Shown one piece after another: positions 37,048-49,934 of a stretch of 64,000 bases of DNA; the stretch's first letter is position 1, and each line of letters opens with the position of its first letter. Origin of the DNA: Elsinoe ampelina (taxonomy: Eukaryota); NCBI GenBank assembly GCA_010093995.1, contig ML992513.1, forward strand, positions 1-64,000, in the 5' to 3' direction. Made by a program: the position numbers and the translations under genes. The notes below the pieces were generated by a model. The model had not been told where the DNA came from and ran no database searches. It saw only the letters and a program-made list of their open reading frames with translations.

Positions 37048-38976
37048 CTATGAAGGTGGAGGCACTCTTCCCACGCTGCCTCTACCCGCCACTCTTCCAT
37101 TCCCAGCGTCTCGTCCTGTCGCTCCTTGGCCGTCCCTCACGCCTTGCCGCTCTGACACCCTGATGAATGCGTCGATGGGTCCGTCAACGCGAGGTTCGAC
37201 CACGTCCCTGCTAAGCCCAGCACCCATCCACATCCCCTCTGGCACGTCCTGGCGCCTCGATAAACGGTCCAGAATGCCTCTCATACTATCGACGTCGCTG
37301 GCTGCGTCTTCACCTGTCCTCTCCCCATCTCTCTGCCGCTGCCTCTCCCTCTCCTGAATCTCATCGATCAGGTCCTGGCGTCCCCGCTCCTCGTCTCGTA
37401 GGCGCTCGCCGGGTGCTCTAGGGTCTGAGATGCGATCGATCTCAGGGGGCGTGAAGCCAGCGGCGGCGAGGGAGCGGCGGGTCTGTTCACGCATCTGGCC
37501 TTCAGCTCGTTCGCGGAGGTGATGCCTGACGCGGTCGTGAGATTCGCGCTCCGAGTCTTCACGGCGCAGGCTTGGAACGCGGGTGAGAGTGCGGTCGCGG
37601 GGAAGGAGCTGTAGTTGGCCATCGCGATCGACGCCAAGGTGGTATTGACCGTAAGGCTCATGTCTACTGTGCGGGAGGAAGTAATCTTCAGTGCGGGAGA
37701 CCGCATCGCGGGTGCGGGATCGTATGGCTGAATCGTACGAGGGAGGGTATGGGAAGCGATTGCGAGGTAAAGCCAGAGCGTCGCGGTTGTTGGGATCCAT
37801 GTCTATCGTCACACCTGAACGTGAGGCAGAATGAGAAGCTGTCCTATTACTCGGCAAACCAGAACGAGGATACGGTGGCGGCAAGGTCGCAGATGGGTCG
37901 ATGTGGCGCAGGCGCTCGCGAAGAGAATTGAAGTCATCGCGCAATGAACTAATCTCATCCTCATAGACGAGAAGAGACTCTTCATGCGCTTCTTGAAGAG
38001 CTGACAGATTCTCTTGCAACTCAGACCGTAATCTACTGATTCCATCTGCTCTATTGGTCCCACCCGACCCGTACAACGGATCCTCGGTCCTATCTAGAGG
38101 ATTGTACTGCAGAGGGGAATTGGACCTTGCATCGCTCGAATCGCTATCGTATGGTGGACAGTCTTGCGACAAACCGAGCGACATCTGGCTATCCGGATTT
38201 GCGAGATGGTCGGGCGCAGTCGATTGGCTGTCCGGCGCATCTGCAGTGGATGTAAAGGAGGCTGATGCAGCAGCGCTGGTAAAGCTACTATCGGCGCTGG
38301 GCAAATTGCCATCCACGGGAATGCTCTCGCGCATGATCTGCCATGCATCATCCTGAGGCGTCATGGGCGAAGGACTTCTCACACGATCTCCAAGACCAGT
38401 GGCAGGCTGTACTGAAATGGTGGGGATCGGCGCATTCGTCTGCGCTGCCTCATTCTGCTCAGAGACGTCGAGCGGGGGTGTAGGTAGGAACGAACGCCGT
38501 GCAGGAGAATCGTTTCCAGTGGAAGAAGCCAATTGTTCCTGACGTCGTAGACCACGCAGCATCCTCTCCAACGATTGGGTTGGCCCTTCTCTTTCCGTGT
38601 CGGGCTGATATGCCGAACGAATTGTGTGAAGCCTATCTCGCACATGACGCGCGATAAAGCGAGATGATGTCGGAGCGGGGACCGGTAGTGGTGGAGGTGG
38701 AGACATGGCGGGTGGAGGCGGCGGACTGCCGGCATGAGTAGTTTGGAACACATAGTTGCCTACTGGAGCTCGAGTGGTGGCATGTCGGTTCAAGATGGGT
38801 CTTCTACGAATTGAAGAACGAGCAGCAGCAGTAGGATCTGTCCTGACAGTATCCTTTGTGCTCGTGTCTTCATGGTCGCGCCATATTCTGCTGTTGTCAG
38901 CTCGAGAAATTTTGCGACCAATCGCGACAGCTGCGAGCTACGCGCGAAGCATCGCGTGTACTTACGGAAGGCCCAT
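37048..38976 (-). CDS. Fungal hypothetical, largely disordered protein; short exon 38976-38966, intron 38965-38888
   Basis: ATGGGCCTTCC|gtaagt..ctgac..cag gives MGLPIWR in frame with the 581-aa ORF; motifs PSADSSFTSAAASASF and RRQDVPEGMW. Confidence 0.8.
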
Positions 38977-39627
38977 TTTTGCGACAAGAAGTCTTGTCGC
39001 GTGTATCTGCTAAATGAAAGCGACACGCGACAATTGAGAATGGAGAATAGAAAGGACAGGCGACAAAGCCAACGGGAGGGAGAAGCGTGAAGGAGAAATG
39101 AAACCGAATCAGAGCTTTGGGAGGCTTGGGATCGAGGAACGAGGATTGAGGGTGCGACAGGACAAAACGGGACGGGACCACGGCGTCGAGGGGACACAGA
39201 GAACGGGCGGGCGCCGGGCGAGCAGGGCGGCGGCGGCAACAGGCCACCCGCGTCACCTCTCCAGGCTCTCCTCCCGCCAGGCCAGGTTCGAACTTCGCTG
39301 ATCCCTGCAGAACATCTCGAGCACAGCCTAGTCCGTAAAAAGCAAAGCGCTGCGGACCGGTGCGACGTCGGCTCCAAGTCGAAGCATGATTGTCGCCGCT
39401 GCAGGGCAGGTTGAGACGAGTTGACTCTGACTTGAGAAAGACAACTTCTCAAGGCCACTCTCGTATCGACAACACTCTCTCTTCGGCAATTGTGGATTCT
39501 GACCTGGTGTATTCGGTATCTGCAATGGCTCGGTGACCTCTGTCCGACCCGGATTCAGTTCGACATTCGACATGCATCCTCCCGAGCAAGCGCCCATAAC
39601 CTGGTGACAGACCTTGGCAATACCACC

Positions 39628-41004
39628 ATGATCGAATTAGGTCTGGTCAGGATACACAAGCTGCTCGCTCACACCTCGTTACCATGGCGAGCTATTCATG
39701 TGGCCGGCACAAATGGCAAGGGTTCAGTGTGCGCCTATGTGTCAGCCATGTTGACACATTACAATACGTCTGAGCTGATACGACATACTGGACACAAACC
39801 AATGGTGCATGCACGCTTCACATCTCCACACCTGATTGACAGGTGGGACTGTATCACCATCAACGAGAATGTCGTGTCAAAGTCCATTTTTGACGAAGTC
39901 GAAGCACAAGTCAAGGACAGGAATCAGCAGCATGGTATTGGCGCCAGTGAGTTTGAAGTACTGACTGCCACTGCATTTGAGATCTTCACGCGGGCAAAGG
40001 TGGACATAGGCGTGGTCGAAGTCGGTATGGGAGGACGACTGGATGCAACGAATATACTTGGACAGCCATTGCCCGAGGATGTCGAAACTGATCTGGCTGG
40101 AGATTGGAGCTCACATCGACCACTACCTTTGGCTACAGCTATCACGGCCATAGGTCTGGACCATCAGAAATTTCTCGGTTCTTCAATTGAGGACATTGCA
40201 CGGGAGAAGGCAGGGATCTTGAAACCTAGAGTGCCAGTCATTGCAGCCAGACAGGCCGAGAGTTCTGTCGAACGGGTCCTTGTAGAACTAGCAACCGCCC
40301 TCTCTGCTGGTGACATGAGCTTTGTGTCTGACAGGACGACCTTGGAAGATGTATGGACGGAGAATGGTCAGCCCGCGGTGGTTACCGAGAACCGACCAAT
40401 CCAGGCGAGATGGCCAAATGGAGCGATTGCAGTCCAGCTTGTCTGGAAGGCATTGAGCCAGCTTGGTAGACTGGACAGAGTGCCATCTGCGCTATTATTA
40501 CAGACACTGAAAGACATTTGTCAGATCCCAGGGCAGACGCGGTGGGCAGGCCGGCTTGAGACGATCAATCTGTCACCTATCACCGATCGGAAGACCACAG
40601 CGCTTCTGGACGGTGCTCACAATGCGCAGTCAGCACAAATGCTGCGCAAACATCTGGACCAGCTCGGTCGAGAGAAGACAACATGGATCGTTGCAGCGTC
40701 GCAGGGCAAAGACCTGGCGGAAATGTTGCAAATCCTACTTCAGGAAGGTGACACGGTCTTTGCAGTCGAATTTGGCCCTGTGGATGGTATGCCTTGGGTC
40801 ATGCCACAAGATTCTCTGGACATTGCCAAGGACGCAGGCAGTCTTATCCGTGGACAACATCAAGCTTATGGCAGGGACGTTTTGAGGGCTGTGAAAGATG
40901 CGTCGCTCAAAGAGGGGCGCGTCGTGATTGCAGGAAGTTTGTATTTGGTGGGGGATGTTCTCCGCCTCCTGCGACAGTTTGAAAGGGGTGCTAGCCAGAC
41001 GTAA
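39628..41004 (+). CDS. FOL3: Dihydrofolate synthase (FolC/Mur ligase family)
   Basis: MIELGL start, IHVAGTNGKGS, FTSPHL, EVGMGGRLDATN, LDGAHN, AGSLYLVG. Confidence 0.92.
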   Translation: MIELGLVRIHKLLAHTSLPWRAIHVAGTNGKGSVCAYVSAMLTHYNTSELIRHTGHKPMVHARFTSPHLIDRWDCITINENVVSKSIFDEVEAQVKDRNQQHGIGASEFEVLTATAFEIFTRAKVDIGVVEVGMGGRLDATNILGQPLPEDVETDLAGDWSSHRPLPLATAITAIGLDHQKFLGSSIEDIAREKAGILKPRVPVIAARQAESSVERVLVELATALSAGDMSFVSDRTTLEDVWTENGQPAVVTENRPIQARWPNGAIAVQLVWKALSQLGRLDRVPSALLLQTLKDICQIPGQTRWAGRLETINLSPITDRKTTALLDGAHNAQSAQMLRKHLDQLGREKTTWIVAASQGKDLAEMLQILLQEGDTVFAVEFGPVDGMPWVMPQDSLDIAKDAGSLIRGQHQAYGRDVLRAVKDASLKEGRVVIAGSLYLVGDVLRLLRQFERGASQT

Positions 41005-41386
41005 ATACGATGCAGTGTTACATCATTGCCGATGCGAACAGTCCGTGCTAAGCGGGTTCCAGAAATCTGGAGTTGGAATGGAAGGATGCACAGACAAAGA
41101 AGTAGAAGGACGACCTCGGTCTGGTCTAGCAGAGGTAAAGAATAGGAGAATGTTTTTGTCCCAAGCACGAGTTTCTCACTGAATCGCCCTTTAAGCTCAC
41201 CATTTTAGCGCGCGGAGTTGATCCGTGCGGACCCAACTTTTTTTTTTGGTTTTGGCTGGCTGCAGCTCGTTCCAAAGCGAAGCAAGTCCCACACTTCCAA
41301 GTGGACCTCCGTAGCCAAGCAGTGCCGACTTTCTCGTTCCTGCAGATCCGCATCGCTGCGTCCCTTTCTCGTCTGCACACAACCCA

Positions 41387-44300
41387 ATGACTTCCGCCAG
41401 GGATGCCATCTTTCAGAACACACCCTCGCCAGAAACGACGACCAAAATGGAGCGGGGGAACGGTCTTTCCTGGTCGCATCGGCGCACGCCAGACACGACC
41501 GAGTTGATCGAGCACGCGAAACGGGCGCTGGACGAGTCGGCTAAACATCACATCCACAACCAGGACATTCCACAGCCAGGATGGTCCGTCACGACTGGCG
41601 AGGCTCTCAATCTGAATGACCGTGGTATCAGATCGCTTCCTCTCGAGATCATTGAATTGATTAAACACCGCGTGGAGAGGTACGACTCTTCTCATCAATT
41701 TTACCGCATAGGCTGACCATCAGGCTTGCTCTGTCGCGTAACAAGCAGATTGCTCTACCTGCCGAGATCAGCATCTGCACACGTCTATACTACCTCAACA
41801 TACGCAAGAATGGTCTGACCGAGTTTCCCGAGACTGTATGTGTGGTCAAGTACTATACCCGTGCCACGCTGACTTTCCAGATCTTGAATATCCCCAACCT
41901 TCAGTTCCTCGACCTCACCCAAAACGACCTCACGTCGATACCTGAAGACATATCACGCATGCAGTCACTGAAATTTCTCGCCCTCGAGTACAATAACATC
42001 TCCCGATTACCGACGTCACTTGGCGATATGACAAGCCTTACCAAATTACGGATCGATAATAATCCTATTCAATATCCCCCACCGGAGGAGCTGGCCGAGA
42101 ATCCTGATGCGCAACGTAGAGCCGGCTATGACAAGCCAACATACGTCTGTGGCCAGGTCAAAAGATTCATGAGGCTGGAGAAGGAAAGACAACGACAAAG
42201 AGCCGAGTCCGACATGAGCGAAAGCAACCTGGAAACACCGCGACCCCTGAGAAGGACAAATACTGGTCGATTCCCCGTCCGACCCTCAATGGGTAGCGTA
42301 GATAACAGCGACAACGACAATGCCCCAATGATGGGTTACCGTGCCCCTCCCATTCCGCAAAAGTCCTCAGCGAGAGACTCACTGGCTGTCCAACCCCTTC
42401 GTCGACCTGGCCTCGCCCCACTGACCATGCAGGGTTTGGCAAACAGGAGTAGAAGCGAGACTGTCGCTACCGGCAGTCAGAAACTTAAGCGACATGGTTT
42501 CGTGCCTTCCCGAAAGACGTCCGGACCTCCATCGGCGAATTCACTGCTCAAAGACCCGAATGCTATGAAGCCGGCGCATTTTCGCACTGCAAGCTATGCA
42601 AATGGTGCCAACGGAGCAGCAAATCACTCTGGGACTATGAGCCCGATCAGTGCTCAAGCACCACGGCAATGGATGTCCAAGTCTCGGCTGTCAAGCTTGC
42701 CTGAAGACCGTCGAGTGTCGAAAATTACCAGTCCCACCATCCGCAGCGCAAGACTACTGGTCTACTCCTTGGACCAGCTCAATCGTCCGGTAGACGATGC
42801 AATCCGTATCCTGAGGGGTGATTCGTCATTCCCGTCGCAAGCAGAACGAATGCACGTGACCGCAACGCAAAACCTCAAGGAGCTGGACGCCCAACTTCAC
42901 ATCCTCACCCCAATGAACGAGCGGCAAAGCCAAGAATCCAAGGACATCCGTCTTATCCTCAAGCGAAGTCGATATTGCGTGCAAGCGTACCACCAGCTCG
43001 TGGCCGAGCTTCGGGTGAACGCGCGCAAACTTGTCCTACGCGGCGATCCGATGTACCTCCGTGCACTAATGCTTCAGCTGCACGCATGCCTTCTCGAAGT
43101 GCGAAACGCATGCGACATTCAAGAGGCTACTTTGGCCCCAGTCCCACCTGTCTCACGTTTCAGCAATGTTAGCGCAGCTCGCTCAGACCGCACCGTCACG
43201 CCCACGCAGTCAAAGCCCAATAACAAACGTTCGCGCGGTGCGAAAATTATCGCCGGCCTCCGCGAGAAGAGCCCGGGTTCCGCCTCCCTACAACCGCCAT
43301 ACTCTGCACTCGCAAGCGCCACCTCAAGCCGCACTACAACCATGACCTCAATGTCACTTGCGACACCAAAGAGCACAGAGTCATTTGGACCGCACTCGCA
43401 TCGCAGCCCGCACCGGTCGCGCACGAGCACCATGACGTCCACAGCTTCTCTTCAGCCGCCCTCGCAACTACCCACGCCAGTGCTCGACGTCAACGAGGCG
43501 GCTGAATTTGAGAAGATATATCTGACCCTCCGACAAGCGTGCGACGTAGCAGACCAGTGTCTACTCGGATGCAGGCAGGACTTCTTCTTGCGCAAAGAAG
43601 GAGCTGCGCGTAGTATGAGCTCGTCTGCCGCAAGAGCATGGACAGGTGCACTCAACAAGTGTGACGCACTCATGAACTCATTGGGCGCTCTACGCAGCAG
43701 ACTCAACAGCATCAAACTCAATGACCCCTCCATTAGAAAAAGCCGTGACTTTTGGCTCGCCTGCGATGCTGTTTTCAGCGTAAGTTTCCCCGAGAAGAAA
43801 TCAGGCAGAAGTGCTTTGAAATGGACCCTCCTTAACATAGACCAGTCGTGGTATGATTTGGCTTCTGAGATGAAGGTGCTATCCAACGCCGGCCTAGACA
43901 TTTCCTCCATCAAGCCCCAGATGCGTCCCGTTCAGCGCGCCATTAAAGATGCTTCCCGCCACATCGGCAATTGCAGCATGGCAAACCGCGTCATGGAAGA
44001 CCAGCGCGCAAAGCGATTACAGAACCAAGGGCACGCTATCCCTCCCACACCGCTTTCAGCAGCACTCGGTCCTGCGGTCCAAGCCACTGTACCAAGCACG
44101 CCGGGCTTATCAGGCGGCATGAATAGCGCAAATGGGATAAATGGCATGAATGGAGTGAATGGTTCGGGCTACGGTATTTACGGACACGGCCACGGCGGCT
44201 CCCACGCGCACGTCGTCAACAACAGTACGAGCTCTACTGGGAGTGTTGTGGCAATGAATGGTGGAATGGGTATGGTCAGTCCGGCGGACATGACATACGG

Positions 44301-44418
44301 GTATCAGTACGGCAAGGGACAGGTCAATGGACATGGGCCGGGCTACCATGGGGAGAGGGAGAGAAGCGATACTGTGTTGAGTCGGTATGCTGGCAGGGAT
44401 GGGATCAGAGGGCGATGA
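41387..44418 (+). CDS. SOG2: RAM/MOR network leucine-rich-repeat protein Sog2; three introns (~41680-41723, 41836-41880, ~43780-43844)
   Basis: N-terminal LRRs (LxxLxLxxNxLxxxP), RFPVRPS, RLSSLPE, C-terminal PPTPLSAALGPAVQATVP. Confidence 0.88.
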
Positions 44419-45274
44419 TGGCATTAGGAGAAGGTGACGGGAACGGCATACTTCTCCCACGAAGGAGAACGAGAGCTGCTGCTGCTGATCGTCCCCACGC
44501 TGGGTATCACTGGATCAATCATTTGGATGTGGAGCCAGAACAGCAGACCCACAGCCTCGTCAAGCAGCGAAAATGGGCCACCAATGTACTGGTACGAACA
44601 AAGGCGCAACCCCATCTGGAGTAATACGGGCCTCTTTGGATCAAAAAGGGTGTAATCATAATCCCGGCAAAGCACTTTTACACAACATAATCAGGCGGGC
44701 ATGGTGGATAGGATGGAGGTTGGCATGTATTTTATGGCCTTACTCATGTATGAGATACGAGCATATGACATTTACGGCAATGAAATAGTTTATGATGACT
44801 CGTTGCCTCCGCGGGTGTATTGCAGTGATTGAGAGGTATGGAGGGATGCGCTTGAGGGCGCTGCTCGGGAGGCAGGGATCACGTGATGATAGTGAGTAAA
44901 TACTTTTGCCTCTGAGGTACAGGGGAATGACATGAGAACCAGGGCACAGTGCAGCTGGATGGTGTGGCGAGTCACATATGCACATCAATCATAGAGGTAA
45001 GAAGGGCTCCTCTTCCTCGATGCTTCCTCCGAAGCTTCTTCTGTAGACGAAGCGCCAAGTATCACAATCACGATCCAACCTGAAAACGCTCCGGTCTCCC
45101 CGTCTGCCAAATCAAGAGTGTGGTCAAGCGCATCAATTCGGGTTCTTCCATCTACGACCAGCCCAAAGCTTCTACAGCCGCATTGTCCCCTCCTCAGCAC
45201 AAGCCCACAATACCCCCTCACTCTCCCATGCTCTGCTCCTCCTCCACCAACCTACCCAGTCATGATGCGCGCGC

Positions 45275-45759
45275 TTAGTCGAACAGACCAAAGCCCATAT
45301 CCTCATCCGACTCCTCCTTCTCCTCTTCCTTCTTCTCCTCGGCAGCCGGGGCCGAGGCGTCACCGCCAGCAGCGGCAGCGGCTCCACCGGCGGCAGGGGC
45401 GGCGGCGGCGCCGCCTCCGGAGCCGACGTTTAGGAGGAGGTCTTTGACGTCTTTGCCTTCGAGGGCCTGGCATGGGTTAGTTGGTGTCCGGGTAAGGGGA
45501 TTGGGCATTCATTGAGGGTGGAGGGTGCAGGGGAAGGGTTAAGGATGTCGTACCTTTGCGAAGAGGGAGGTCCAGATGGGCTCGACATCGGGGACCTTTG
45601 CGGCGGAGATGAGAGTCTGGAGCTTCTCGGCCTGTGGAGGAGGTTAGTCTGGTGTCGAGATTGTGCCTGGGAGGCGGGTGTGTAGCGTACGGTGATCTCG
45701 ACACCGTCATCCGCGAGGATGAGAGCGGCGTAAGATGCGGCGAGCTCGGAGGTGGACAT
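45275..45759 (-). CDS. RPP1: 60S acidic ribosomal protein P1; two introns
   Basis: [65 protein letters not shown]. Confidence 0.97.
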
Positions 45760-46210
45760 TTTTGGATGTGTGGTGGTTTGATGAATTGATATGTTCGGAA
45801 GTAAATGTGTCTTTCTGTGAGATGCCTTTCGCTTTTCTCGTACGGTAAGCGACGGTCTTCTTCTCAATGGGGTTGACTGGGCTGTTTCTTTGGTTGCAAA
45901 AGTTCGTCAAGTCGAGCGTCGGGTGGTGGTTTGCTCGGAGGAACGTATCGCCGGGGGGAAGCATGACTCGTGGCAAGAGGCTGAGAGAGTGGTTCGTGCC
46001 AAGGATCAGTGATGCTCGACGGGAGCTGCTTCGACGGCCCCGCTTTGAGACGTCGGACGGGTAGAGGTGGAGGGCAGGCTGTTTGGGAAGCTCATGTAGT
46101 TGCCGTTGCACAAGCATCTTACTCTATTCTGTCTGATCACTATCGCAATCCGTTGAAAGACCCCGCCGTCACTTCAGAAACAACATTCATCAAGCTGGAT
46201 CGCAATCACG

Positions 46211-47912
46211 ATGACCGACTCACCCCGCCCTCGCATCCCGCTTGATCCCAGCGAGCAACCCATTCTTGACAAGATCCTCCATATCCGCGATCAGCTATCG
46301 CTACTCAAGCAAGACCGAAGCACATATATCAAGACGCAAGATGTCATGCGATTCTATGATGAGGTTATACAACAGGTTGAGAAGCTCAATCAGATAAGGT
46401 CCAAGAAGAGGGAGGAACAGAACAGAGGTACACCGGCGCGGATCACTTGGATTGAGAGGTTCCGCCCTGACACTAACGCAGTCGATCTGGTGCTTGACGA
46501 CTGCTTCCAGCTCATATCACTCTTCTTCCTGACAATCGGTCGCAACCATGAGGCGCCAGCTGTGTATGTATTCTCCTTATCGGAGGTGACCAGAAAGCTA
46601 ACCACGTGCACAGGTATTCTGCCATCTCGACAGTCAAGGTTGGTCGGTATGTGTTTTGTTATGGCTTAATACTAACACGGACAGCGCCTGCTTGATCATC
46701 TCAAGGAAGCCGGCTTCTACTCCCCAAAAGACCTCGAATCGCTTGAGTCGCATCTCAAAACATGGCAGCAAAACATTGAGAGAGGGAAAGATGACCATAG
46801 CCCACAGCTGATGACGCTTCTTCAAGCGCGCATAGATGTATGCATGCATACTTTACAGGATCTTCAGCAGCCGTTGTCGAATCTGGATCCGAACATGATG
46901 GAGACATACATCAAACTGGTGTCCATACTGCGGTCGTTATCGGCTTGCAATACAAGGTCAAAAGTAGGATGCGGCGTGATCGATAAGTAGTTAATATGCT
47001 AACGGATAGCAGTACCCAGCAAAGGAAGTCAAGGAGCTCAACGACCAGCTGCTCCAAATCTCGGAACAATTACATGCAGGAGATGGCACACACGAGGGCA
47101 AGTCTGCAGAAGAGGCGTACGCGGAGAGGCTGGCGCAGATTTCTCTATCCGAAACCGGTCCTCAAGACGGCGAGTCCGTTGTCAAGACACTGCTGGCGAG
47201 ATGCCTGATATGGAGGGAGATTATCGAGAAGAAGTTGGTCACACATGAATGTTATCTAGCATATCATCGCTGATTTGTTGCTAGGCAGGGTAAGATCGAT
47301 GAGCGCTTCCGAGACACGTACGACAAGCTCCGAGAGATCCGCGACAGGCTGGACCAGATGAACTTGACACACGCTTGGTCGCTCCGCGAGACGGATCTAT
47401 ACAGCTACCAGAGACAACTGGACAGGATTGACGAGTCGAGAGTCGACGGTAACTTCTTGGACCATGAAGGCAAGCCTGCAGATCTACATGCCCAGCGCAC
47501 GCTGCTCTACCTCCTGCGTCGCAGCTATGCATACATCTACCAATACATCATCTCCTCGGAACCAGTCTCGGAGGCTCTACTGCCGATCTACAACCAGCTT
47601 TTGACGCTCAAGCGATGCCTCATCGAGGTCAAGAACGCGGGTGGGGTAGATTCGCCGCGCGAGCTGTATCCGTATAGTATGAAGGTATGTTGCCAGTTCT
47701 GGAGCCATCCATCTTGACCTGACGCCTTCTAGCTGAACTCGATCGACAACATGAAGAAAGATGGCAAATTCATGGTCGGCAACGACATCCCAGAAGGTCA
47801 AGGCGCGGTGATCGCTCTCCTCGCAGAATGCTTCGACCTCGCGTACGATCTCCGCAACGAAGCCGAGGAAAAGTCCGAGTCGGACACCAATGGCGTCAAT
47901 GGGAGCGATTAA
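46211..47912 (+). CDS. Conserved fungal protein resembling yeast YPL260W (DUF2408/UPF0662); multiple introns
   Basis: LSLLKQDRSTYIK, LISLFFLTIG, THAWSLRETDLY, SSEPVSEALLPIYNQL, RELYPYSMK|LNSIDN, IPEGQG. Confidence 0.82.
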
Positions 47913-48121
47913 TGTGTTGATGACGGTGTACATCTTTTGACGGTCGTTGCTATGGTATCGATATGAGGCGAATGAGGTGGCAGCTCAGTCATGCGTGGCG
48001 TTTTCGGAGTATGCTCCAGCAACAGGATGTGGGAGAGACAAAGCCGGTCTAGCAGAGGCAGAATACGTCCAGGGCGACCAGACTAGTATGTATACCCAGA
48101 ATGGACGGGGTGGGAATTTGC

Positions 48122-48717
48122 TCAGCCCAGCTCGATGTTACCCAGCATTTGGGTGCCATCACCTTCATCCACCGGCGATGGGGCATCGGCGTCGACAAAG
48201 GTCAGATGCGAGCCGTATGAAATGCATAATTCTTCTCCAGGTTGGATGTCACGAAGTGCGTGGTATGTCATGATCTGATGGGTCGTGTCCGCTTTCCAGC
48301 CCACATTTTGGTCCAGGGTGGAGTGGTTGAACATGGATCCTAGACCAAGGACGACAGCTTGGGTCATGCGAGGTTTTTTGGTCGTGTCTGTTGGAGAAGG
48401 GGGAAGAGGCCAATTGCTGGTCTGGTCAGGCACGTAACGGGACAGCGATGGCGAATTCATCCATATAGATGGTAGTGATGACAGTGTTTGTCTAGTCAAC
48501 TTACTAAGTGTAATGGTACAGTTCTGTCTTTGCGATATGCTCCTTGTTCTCGTTCACATCCAGCACCAGAACGGGACATGTCTCCAAAACTGTTCCTTTT
48601 GCAATAAAAGTAGTGGCAAATACGCCTCTACCCTTTGGTGTGTCTAAAATCAGCTCTATATCCAGACATCGAGTCAACTTATGCCCTTTTGACTCGGCGA
48701 TCCCACTGGCCCCCATT
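48122..48717 (-). CDS. Small SET-domain lysine methyltransferase (S. pombe Set7-like); intron 48504-48417; start codon uncertain
   Basis: PKGRGVFA, CPVLVL, HYT|YNW, LGSMFNHS, RDIQPGEELCISYG. Confidence 0.88.
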
Positions 48718-48861
48718 CTTCCAAATGCTAGATACATCGAATCGAAAAACAACCCCTCCAAAAAGATCTTCATCCCCGCACAGACCAACCGTTCGTCACT
48801 CCGACTTATACTTCCCGCTTCACATGCTCCCACCATCCAACCTCACCTCCTCACACCACCA

Positions 48862-49934
48862 ATGCCGCCCCGCCTCTCCCAATCCTCCACGCCACACAGC
48901 GTCTCACTTAAAGTCCTCCGGTACATCCTCTCCCCCTTCCCTTCCTCTTCCCCTCCCTCTTCCCCTCCCCCTGGCCCCCATTCACCCCCCGCCCTACTGA
49001 CCTTTTCCGAAGCCTATCCAAACCCTCCCCGACCCCCTCCCTCTCCCTCCCAGAAATCCCCTCCCACCCCTCCCTCCAGTCCGCCTCCCTCCCTTACCCC
49101 TCCGCCAACGCAGACGGCTTCCCCCTCGCCCCTATCCTGACGCTTCCCCCTTCTTTCGGCGCTGCGTACGTGGGGGAGACGTTCAGCTGTACGCTGTCCG
49201 CGAATAACGAGCTTGGCCCGGACAAGGAGATTGCAGTACGGGATGTACGGGTTGAGGCGGAGTTGCAGACGCCTGGTGTGAAGGATGGGGTGGAGTTGGC
49301 GGTGGAGTTTGCGGACGGGCTAGGGGGGGTCAAGGATGGAGGGACTCGGGAGGGTGATGGGGATGGAGATGGGGATGGAGATGGAGGAGCTAGAGAGGGT
49401 GGGGGAGATGGGAAGTGGATGGGTCAAGGGAGGGAGTTGGACAGGGGAAAGAGCAGGCAGGGTATCATCAAGTATGATCTCAAGGAGGAGGGGCCGCATG
49501 TTTTGGCTGTTACGGTGACGTATACCGAGGTGGAAGGGGAGGAGGAACGGCGGCGCACGTTCAGGAAGCTGTATCAGTTCTCGGCGCAACAGGCTGTGGG
49601 GGTGAGGACCAAGATTGGGGAGTTGAAGGGTTTCAAGACGAAGGGGTTCGCGGTGGAGGCGCAGGTGGAGAATCTCACGGCGGGAGAGGTGGTGCTTGAG
49701 GCGGTGAGGTTGGAGATGGCGGAGGGGGTGGCCGGGTGTGGGTTGAATGGGGATAGGATGTGGTTGGGGCCGGGGGATGTGGAGCAGGTTGCGTTTAGGT
49801 TGGAGGAGGAAGGGGAGATCAAGGTTGAGGGTGGGAGGTACGTGTTGGCGCAGTTGAAGGTGGATTGGAGGATGGCGATGGGGCAAGACGGAACGCTCAA
49901 GACGGGGTGGTTGGGGTGTTTGAAACGATCCTGA
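48862..49934 (+). CDS. TRAPPC13-like (DUF974) trafficking protein; intron 48921-49012
   Basis: HSVSLKVLR|LSKPS, LPPSFGAAYVGETFSCTLSANNE, LKEEGPHVLAVTVTY, RTFRKLYQF. Confidence 0.88.
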